From: Escherichia phage vB_EcoM-ZQ1
Sequence record: MW650886.1
Reading direction: 5' to 3' (one strand)
Length of the DNA stretch: 64,000 bases
Position 1 is the stretch's first letter. Each line of letters opens with the position of its first letter. This document shows, piece by piece, positions 56,672-64,000 of the stretch. The notes below the pieces were generated by a model. It had not been told where the DNA came from. It saw only the letters and a program-made list of their open reading frames with translations, and searched no databases. Both the position numbers and the translations under genes were made by a program.

Positions 56672-57322
56672 TTATTCTCCAAAGTCGATCTTCATATTGT
56701 CTGTTGCAAGCCCCTTCTCAAGATCATCTGCTAAAGCATTGTCGGTCTGCAGAGAAGAATCCTTGTACACGTCCGGTTCGTTCTCTTCGTCCAAGATGGA
56801 CAGACGTTTGTCGATATCGTCGATCTCCGGAACGCCCGTATCGAAGTTTTCGTTGCCGTACTGGAACAACGTGCACGGCAGAGAGAACGTATACCATTTG
56901 CCAAATTGCATGAAGTCTTCATCGTTGTTCGGGTTGTTGACCTTGAAGATCTTGTTCGCCAGTGGTAGATAGATCAGGTCACCTTCCTGAGGTTGTTGTT
57001 CAATCCCAACACCGTTGCCTATCACCTCGGCAAATCGGCGGCGCGAGATAGAGAACGTCACTTCGTCTTGCAATTGGATACCCCCAAACTTCTCCCACAT
57101 CTGGGTGTTGAAGCCCTGATAATCCTGCATGTACGCTTCGATGTCGAACGCCTGGTCGAATCTGTGGTTAGCATCGTTGGTGATAGGAAATTTTTCAACG
57201 ATGGAACGGGGTATATACTTGATGTCTATCCCGCGCAACTCAATCATTTCCTGTACCAAATCTTCAATCAGCTTCTGTGTGCCTTGGTGATTGGTGGCGT
57301 TGAAATATTTAGAAGTGGCCAT
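56672..57322 (-). CDS. virion protein at gp14 position (neck)
   Basis: synteny; late-promoter-like motif upstream. Confidence 0.35.
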   Translation of the reverse strand: MATSKYFNATNHQGTQKLIEDLVQEMIELRGIDIKYIPRSIVEKFPITNDANHRFDQAFDIEAYMQDYQGFNTQMWEKFGGIQLQDEVTFSISRRRFAEVIGNGVGIEQQPQEGDLIYLPLANKIFKVNNPNNDEDFMQFGKWYTFSLPCTLFQYGNENFDTGVPEIDDIDKRLSILDEENEPDVYKDSSLQTDNALADDLEKGLATDNMKIDFGE

Positions 57323-57345
57323 ATCGATACCCTCAATTTTGAAGG

Positions 57346-57352
57346 TATTTAG
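57346..57352 (-). promoter_or_regulatory. late-promoter-like motif CTAAATA
   Basis: GACTAAATACC ~24 bp upstream of ATG 57322. Confidence 0.4.
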
Positions 57353-57381
57353 TCGAAGTTTATTCTTTTGAGGAATAGCTC

Positions 57382-57594
57382 ATGCAAGTGGAAGACATCA
57401 AAGAAGTTCGCAGCGGTCGTCGCGTCCGAATCATCTGTGTGGACGCCAAGATTGGAGGTGGTGATTACGACATCGTCGGTCTGGTGAAAGAAGTAGATGG
57501 CACAGACTTCATTGAGTGGTGGAACTCCAAAGACAAGACAGAAGACGGTCTGCTGCGTGGTAGTGGCAATGGAAACCTGGATTTGAAAATCTAA
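57382..57594 (+). CDS. hypothetical protein (70 aa)
   Basis: plus-strand ORF with GAGGAA RBS, followed by hairpin terminator. Confidence 0.4.
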   Translation: MQVEDIKEVRSGRRVRIICVDAKIGGGDYDIVGLVKEVDGTDFIEWWNSKDKTEDGLLRGSGNGNLDLKI

Positions 57595-57596
57595 AA

Positions 57597-57618
57597 GAAG
57601 GGCGGGTAATCCCGCCTT
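57597..57618. terminator. bidirectional stem-loop terminator
   Basis: aagggcgggta-atc-ccgccttt hairpin. Confidence 0.5.
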
Positions 57619-57621
57619 TCC

Positions 57622-58380
57622 TTATCCCATGTAGAAGTCGATAGGGTACTGCTGACCAGTACGCAATTCTTCCTCTAAACGCTCGATCTCCGCTTCAGCC
57701 TCACTGAACATACTATCGCCATCCAGCTCGATACCGCCAGGGAGACGGATGCCTCTTGCCTTCTTGAGCACTTCTGCCCAGCGGCGCTTGACCAACGCAG
57801 TTGCATATGCCTTCAGCCACATATCATTCCATGCTTCTTCATTACCCTCAACCTCTGGGTCGATGTTCTGGAAGCATTTGAACGCCAACACCTCGTCCTT
57901 TATCAGGGCGAATTGTGGGTAGAGTTTGCGCTGGAATTTCTTGTAAACGAAGGTGCGCTTCACGTTCAGCACACTGGTGATGTCAGACAAACGCTGTTGC
58001 ATTGAAACATAGTCGACCAAGCGGATGGAAACGAGGGCGGCCTTTGGTACCAACATGGCTTGGGCCATCTGCCATTGAGGGGTTGCCCAGTTACCGATCG
58101 ATTCAATCGGAGGGCCAACGATGACTTCAACCACGTCGTCGATGTCTTTGGGGAATTCGATGTAACCGTTGGTGATAGTTTCTTCAGTCACCTGGTGAAC
58201 AAAGAATGCGTCCTGACTGCCATCACGATGATACTCCCAAAACTTCTGTAGAGCATCGTCTACAGCATCCGAAACTTGCGTTGGGTCAAGGTTGATCTGA
58301 ATTACAGGTGCCCCCAATTTCTTGAGAATGTAATTCATAAATCCTTTACGATCAACAATAGAATTAACGGCCATTGCCAT
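57622..58380 (-). CDS. virion protein at gp13 position (neck)
   Basis: synteny only. Confidence 0.35.
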   Translation of the reverse strand: MAMAVNSIVDRKGFMNYILKKLGAPVIQINLDPTQVSDAVDDALQKFWEYHRDGSQDAFFVHQVTEETITNGYIEFPKDIDDVVEVIVGPPIESIGNWATPQWQMAQAMLVPKAALVSIRLVDYVSMQQRLSDITSVLNVKRTFVYKKFQRKLYPQFALIKDEVLAFKCFQNIDPEVEGNEEAWNDMWLKAYATALVKRRWAEVLKKARGIRLPGGIELDGDSMFSEAEAEIERLEEELRTGQQYPIDFYMG

Positions 58381-58726
58381 TCCCCTTGTTGCTCTGGATA
58401 TCAGCGACGGTGATACGTAAAGTGCGAACGTCGTCGGATAGACTGTTGCTATTGAGTTTCAACTCAGCAACGTTCTGCTTGACGTAGTTAACGTCTGTGT
58501 TTAACACAGCAATCTTCTCATTCATATCGTTCACCTTGGTGAGGATTAGGTCGACCTTGTTGGAGTCACGCTCAACCACATCAAGGCGATTCTCAAATTT
58601 ACCCATCATCCAAACAACCGAGCCAACAGAGACTATCGTCGCCGTCAGCACCCCGGTGAGGATCGCTTTCACATCGATCACAGTGTCAGTTTGGGTTGCC
58701 ATCTTGGCCTCCTGACGGGAGTTCAA
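58364..58726 (-). CDS. hypothetical protein with TM helix and coiled coil (120 aa)
   Basis: hydrophobic N-terminal segment, heptad-like region. Confidence 0.4.
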   Translation of the reverse strand: MNSRQEAKMATQTDTVIDVKAILTGVLTATIVSVGSVVWMMGKFENRLDVVERDSNKVDLILTKVNDMNEKIAVLNTDVNYVKQNVAELKLNSNSLSDDVRTLRITVADIQSNKGNGNGR

Positions 58727-58934
58727 TCCCGAGGTGTTCCGCCATGAGTTGTACCATCGCTGTCAGTTGATCTATTTGCGCTGCCTGCGCTGCAATAGTT
58801 CTGTCCTTTTCTTCCTGATTTCGACGAGCGTTCAGTGCTGCCAAACCGGCAGCATTGTCTGTGCAGATGATAGCCCCAGGGCAAGAGCTACTTCTCATCA
58901 TCGATGCATGCCCTTGTACTTTTACACCACGCAT
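58686..58934 (-). CDS. hypothetical protein (82 aa)
   Basis: ORF with GAGGA RBS. Confidence 0.35.
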   Translation of the reverse strand: MRGVKVQGHASMMRSSSCPGAIICTDNAAGLAALNARRNQEEKDRTIAAQAAQIDQLTAMVQLMAEHLGIELPSGGQDGNPN

Positions 58935-58953
58935 GATAATATCCTCTGTTAAT

Positions 58954-58970
58954 GGCGGGGCAACCCCGCC
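58954..58970 (-). terminator. stem-loop terminator
   Basis: ggcgggg-caa-ccccgcc hairpin downstream of the large structural gene. Confidence 0.5.
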
Positions 58971-58983
58971 TTGTTAATACTAC

Positions 58984-61900
58984 TTATGCCAGAGCAATCA
59001 AACGGAAATCTTTGAATGACGGCGGTGCTATGCGGTTGCCTCTGACCAGCAGGCGGATCTTCAGGCCAACGAAAGGATTGGTGCTCTCTACAGTCTTGTC
59101 ATACTCATATTCGAAGAATGTAGAACCGTCATTGACCAGAGGGGATGTCGGTGTCACAGTTTCCCATGCCACATTATCCATCTCCTGACCTGCGCGCAGC
59201 AGTTTAACCTGCACAGTCATTGAAGACTGAGAAGGTAGCATCGCGCCGAAGTATTGCTTCAGAGTGGTGCAAGGGTTATCGAATCCGATATCCTTGGTCA
59301 CATAGCTGAACACATCTTCAAACGGATCCACACCGTAGGTGTTGAAGATGATAGTGAAATCATCACCGTCGATCATTGGAGCCGTGTAGACATTACTCTC
59401 GTTGCGAGTCATGGTTGCACGAACCTGGAAGTCGCCCACCTGACGATAGATACCTTCCGTCGGCAGAGACACGTCCGTATCGGATTCGAACTCAACCCAA
59501 TCAGAGAATGAGTTGGAGGTCGCATCGCGATAGCGGTATTCCAGTTTCAACACAGATCCTTCTAGGGCTGAATTGGTGACGCTTGCGTAGAACATGTCTA
59601 CCAAGTAGTTGCCTAGGAAAGAAGCCGCTTCGCCACCAATCTGACCGTCGGAGTCGGCGTTGGAACTCAGAACGAATTTGAACGTCGTGAACGTCGCATC
59701 AGTCACAGTGTGTTGGGCGTTCAGCTGCTCAGGAGTGAAACCGCAACCACCCGTCAACCCAGAAAGAGTAACACTTTCACCCGCAGTCAGGCCATGCCCC
59801 GGAGCGTACACAGTAACAGTTGAAGAACCGTTGACACATTTCACGGTGTTCAGACCCAGAGGGCGGATCTTCGGACCGACTTTAGCATCGAAGGTCACGA
59901 TGTTTGAACCAGCGGAGAAGTTACAGCGATATACACGGAACTTCATATCGGCAGTCTGGTTTGGAGTCCAGGTCGTACCATTTGAAGATGTGAAGAACAC
60001 GCCAGTGTACGGCTGTTTGGCAATGAACTCGTTGGTCAGCAAGTTCTTCTTACCCATCTCTGCGATGTATGCGTTGTAGTCCTGAGTGTTGGCCAAGAGA
60101 ACAATCGCGAACTCAGTCTGCGCCTGCAGATACACAGGATAATCAAACTTGAACATCGTTGGCACAGAAGAGTCTGTGGAGGTGGAAACTTCTGATGGAT
60201 TCAGAGTCTTACGAGTGACGACAGTCGTCGCTGGCAGACCATTGCTCATCTCACGGATTTCCAGAGTGATCGGGATATCACGGGACTTGGTGGAGAAGAA
60301 GACTTCAATCCCTTCGATGTATTCGCCGCCGATATTGGTGGCAACCATGAAGGACTGGGCGATAGGATCTTTCCACTTCGCGACTTCAACCGTCTCTGTT
60401 TTGTTTTCCGTAGACTTGGTCGCAGTGTATCCCAGGACGCGGGTGTTGACATAAGTCTTCTGGATGCCCTGTTTCTTTCCGAAGGACTTATGAACAGCCT
60501 CGGCATTGGTCAGGGTATCATCAGCAGACTTACTGTCCACAGGACTGTCAGTCAGACGGAAGACGTTGTCACCCGTGTTAAACTTGATAGTCTCGTTCTG
60601 AGGAACCGCAAACACACCTTTGATGTTACCGTTGGCATCAGTGTTCAACGCACCACCCAGTACACCACCGTTTGGGGTACAGTACGCGCTCACATCACGC
60701 CCAGAGAAGAACGGATACACACGAGTGAACGGACGCAGCCCTGTGGCTTCGAAGTTGATGTTCGTTTTGCGCATGTATGGGATAACCTGCGTTTCAACGA
60801 TCTGCTCGCCAGTCAGGGTAGTGGTCGTCTTGTCGGTGTACGTGTACGTGGTGACGTCACGGGTAGACACAGTCGTGCGGTAGCGATAGCCCCACCATAC
60901 ACCACCTGCACCATGCGGTTCCCACACACGCTCAGACACGGACACAGTACGCCATGTGCCATACACAGAACCTTCTTTGATCGCACCACGGGTGTTGATC
61001 GTTTCGTTGATCACCCGTGGAGTAACATAGTAGTTCTCAAACCAGTAATCAGTAGTTGGGTTCAGCTTCAAGAAACCTTCCCAGTTGAACACCGCATACG
61101 GGTTCACGTTGATGGTCGTGGTTGCATAGTCCTGGCGGACAGAGATCTCACGGGTGTAGTTGCATACAACCATGCCATCCTGAACGTTGTTCCAACCGAC
61201 TGGCGTCAGGTCAATCGCGTTCTGCTGAACAAACGGGCGTAGGCGACCATTGTCGGTGTCGATTGAACCCACCCAGTCTGCAGACAAATCGTCGATCAGA
61301 CGGAAGTCTTTGAACGGGTCTGCTGCGATACCGTTCTTGAAGCGCGGGTTGCCAGTAATTGGATCGAACACCTGTTGTGACATCGCCGAGGATTCCAGCT
61401 GAGACAGTGAGGTGTAATATTCGACATTCGAGATACGGGTCTCCAGTTTACCGATATCACGCATCGTGTAGCGGCGGTTGTCGATAGTACGAATCTGGAT
61501 GTCGTCAATGTTGGCCGTGTATGGTGGGATCATCAATTCATACAGACGCATACCGTTGTCTGGGATCGCAGGGGAAGCCAGGTTGTTGGAACTCACACCA
61601 CGAGCAACGTTGAACACACCGTTGTCTGCCAGATACACAGCATCAATACGAGGCAGATAGTACTCTGCATCTAGGATGATCGCGGTGTTCGGGCGAACCA
61701 TGTCCGTGTCAGACGCTCCGCTGGTGATCTTGGGACGGAAGTCCAGACTGTCGGCCAACCCATACACAGTACCAGAACTGGATGAAACATAGTTCGGGAT
61801 GTCTGGGTAGTTGATGGACGAATAGGAGTCCGCTGTAAAGAAATCACCAGAGCTGTGAGCGAAATACTGATACACCACCGTGAACGTCCCTGAAATGGCT

Positions 61901-63259
61901 CCTGTGGACGATATGAGGTTAGAAAGGTAGTATGCAGCATCACGCTGACCGCCGTCCAGAGTGAAGTTAGAGGTGACGTCAGCGCCATTTGCGTTCTTCA
62001 CGCTGATCAGCTTGTAACCATCATGGTTCCCAAGTTGTGCGCTGGCCGCCGCAGTAAACGTCACAGTCTCGGTGGCTTCGGTAACAGTCTTGGTCTTGAT
62101 CGTCGCTGTGGTGCGGACCATCAATGCCAACAGGTTGATAGACTGGTTGGCGTACCCCGCGCCCAGGGAAATCTGCAGTGCTGAACCAACCGGAGTACCA
62201 GCCAGGGACAGTCCCGAAGAGATATCAAACTGAGCTGCAGTGCCATCTGCCTTCGCTGCGGAGTACAGTGAAAACTCAGGGCTGAAGCTGTAACCCAGAG
62301 GAGCGGAGATTGAGCCTGCACCAGCGGCGTTCAACGTGATCTTGTTTGACCGCAGGACGGTGTAGTTGATGTCGATGGTGCCTGTAGGTGCTAGGGTCTT
62401 CACACCAAATACAGGCAGAGGGAAGATCAGGTCAATTGCTGAACTCTGGCTGAACTGATTGGACTCCAGTTCGCAGGAGAACATCGTTGTACCGCTTTCT
62501 TCATAAGCGACTTTGGTCACCGTACCCATGTCCCCAGTCACAACCAGGTCGCGCATATACAGACGGAATTCAGTACCGGAGCGCTCTGCCGAAATCAGCA
62601 GGGCGGTGGCCTGCACATCGCTGGATGCGTTCAGGAACTTGTAGCGGATTGTGCGGGAGACAACCGGAACCCCTTTGGAGTTCTTGGACACCAGATAGTT
62701 GCCAGTCGAAACAGCCACAGGGTTGTTGTTCAGGATATCAGTGTCACGGGCTTTGTCAATTATGACCAGCTCTTCGCCGAGGTTTTCGATACGACGACCA
62801 CGAACGTAGGATATCCCTGGCTTCATAACCGCCACGAATTTGCTTTCATCACCACCTTCAGCCGGAGTGTAAACGCCGCCGTTGTTGTTCTGTTTCAGAT
62901 GTTCGCGCAGGTCGATCTGGTGAGTAGAGACGTTGTAGATGTTCACGCAGGTCGATCTGGTGAGTAGAGACGTTGTAATCCCCGTTGGTCTCATAAGTGC
63001 GCTGCGCCATACTGTCTTCGAGGATGTTGTAGGTGGACTGGGTCACCATGGACTGAATGCGACCGTCTTTCACCTTCGCCAGTTCAACGAAGTCGGCCAC
63101 TTCTTCATCATAACCGTAGCGAGACAACACGAGGTCGACGCGCAGGCGATGCGCACCAGGGGCTTTAGAGTTCGGAGTACCCTGAGCATTGGAGAACAGA
63201 CTTTCATCTTCTGCTTCGGTTCGTCGGAGTTGTAGGTCCTTGTATGGCGCCTGCTTCAT
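58984..63259 (-). pseudogene. large virion structural gene (tail fibre/baseplate-like, ~1411 aa if intact) split by a frameshifting 40-bp tandem duplication
   Basis: ORFs 62858..63259 and 58984..62994 overlap in different frames; both encode YNVSTHQIDLREHL across the duplicated 40-mer. Confidence 0.6.
62898..62977 (-). repeat. 40-bp tandem duplication, 1 mismatch
   Basis: gatgttcgcgcaggtcgatctggtgagtagagacgttgta followed by the same with g to a at position 8. Confidence 0.85.
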
Positions 63260-63329
63260 TTGCGGAAACCAGTACGCGCGTTGTTATCTAGGTGGGCTGT
63301 CATCGTCGTCGGTGTGGTATCGGCTGTGC

Positions 63330-63794
63330 TTACTTTAATAGCAAGTGCAGCATCCACAACTTCATGTCCAACAGTCCAGCTTCGAAACCGTCTGAACTAC
63401 CACTCTCAGTCATCTCTAAGATGGCATACATTGTATCCGGCTCAGCTGGATAACGTTCCAAAGACAGGACGCGTGCTTTCGCATTGTTGTCCTTGCCCAG
63501 AACATAGAGTTCGGAGATACCTTCCAGATCAGTGAACTCACTACCACCAGCCAGAGTGAACTTCATGGACACAGCAGTATTGGTGATCGTCAGGCCGCCG
63601 GGGATAACCATTGAACCGTCTTTGAACAGATGGTTGCCAAGTTTCTCCAGTTGATCCTGGAAGATGGTCTGCATCTGGTTCAGTTCACGCGTCTGAACTT
63701 TGATAGGTGCCGGACGGAATAGAATGCGCGAAAAACGCTTCTCTGGATTCCAGTCATCCCAATATGGGCGGCGGTTGAGGTTCATTTCTTGCAT
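63330..63794 (-). CDS. hypothetical virion-module protein (154 aa)
   Basis: internal ATG 63794 with GGAG RBS and upstream CTAAATA motif. Confidence 0.45.
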   Translation of the reverse strand: MQEMNLNRRPYWDDWNPEKRFSRILFRPAPIKVQTRELNQMQTIFQDQLEKLGNHLFKDGSMVIPGGLTITNTAVSMKFTLAGGSEFTDLEGISELYVLGKDNNAKARVLSLERYPAEPDTMYAILEMTESGSSDGFEAGLLDMKLWMLHLLLK

Positions 63795-63828
63795 TTTGAT
63801 GCTCCATCGATAGGTGCCATTATAGAGA

Positions 63829-63835
63829 TATTTAG
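63829..63835 (-). promoter_or_regulatory. late-promoter-like motif CTAAATA
   Basis: TACTAAATATC ~35 bp upstream of ATG 63794. Confidence 0.4.
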
Positions 63836-64000
63836 TATACAACCAACCGAGGAATAGAAAGAAATAAGCCCGAAGGGGCTTTGATTATCTTTCTGCGGTT
63901 ATGGTCATGGATTCTAGACCTCCGCATTCTTCAGGAACTATCGCAGGTAGTGCTGGTACAGCCAAGGAATAGAGAACACAAACAAGACGAACCAATGGAA

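Noticed and set aside
60490-61242. 250-aa plus-strand ORF
   Set aside because: Antisense to the large structural gene; composition is not protein-like.
62858-62994. Programmed ribosomal frameshift linking the two large structural ORFs
   Set aside because: The overlap coincides exactly with a 40-bp tandem duplication and lacks a slippery heptamer plus pseudoknot, so a duplication or assembly event is the simpler explanation. Not fully excluded.
1-64000. CRISPR arrays, tRNA or rRNA genes
   Set aside because: No regularly spaced repeat-spacer arrays and no T-loop/acceptor-stem tRNA signatures found by eye; a tRNA scan would be needed to exclude tRNAs formally.

Overview
This window reads as a contiguous piece of a T4-superfamily myovirus genome (inference from protein motifs and T4-like gene order; no database search was possible). 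Nearly all genes lie on the minus strand. Left to right: a replication/recombination/regulation block (gp61-like primase, gp46/gp47 SbcCD-like pair, gp55 late sigma factor, RNase HI, Fe-S SF2 helicase, HU-like protein); a run of small early genes, several with signal peptides; a largely uncharacterised block (vWA protein, zinc-ribbon protein, three large unknown proteins) next to regA-62-44-45; a UvsW-like helicase / nuclease / UvsY-like trio; then the structural module in T4 order (gp23 capsid, gp22, gp21, gp20 portal, gp19 tube, gp18 sheath, gp17/gp16 terminase, neck proteins, a very large fibre/baseplate-like protein). The most notable observations are: (1) a 159-aa mini-intein inserted exactly in the Walker A P-loop of the large terminase; (2) a 40-bp imperfect tandem duplication that frameshifts a ~1411-aa structural gene; (3) an acyl-carrier-protein homolog whose phosphopantetheine-attachment serine is replaced by glutamate; (4) T4-type early promoters (GTTTAC -35) embedded in repeated terminator/stem-loop cassettes that share a near-identical translation-initiation leader; (5) two paralogous free-standing endonuclease genes in inverted orientation around the head genes, one in an insertion island between tube and sheath genes; (6) a gene block of unknown function sitting where T4 carries DNA polymerase. 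All functional calls rest on motifs read by eye and should be confirmed by HMM or structure searches. A 1-nt ambiguity in my reading near 13,800 does not affect the calls.
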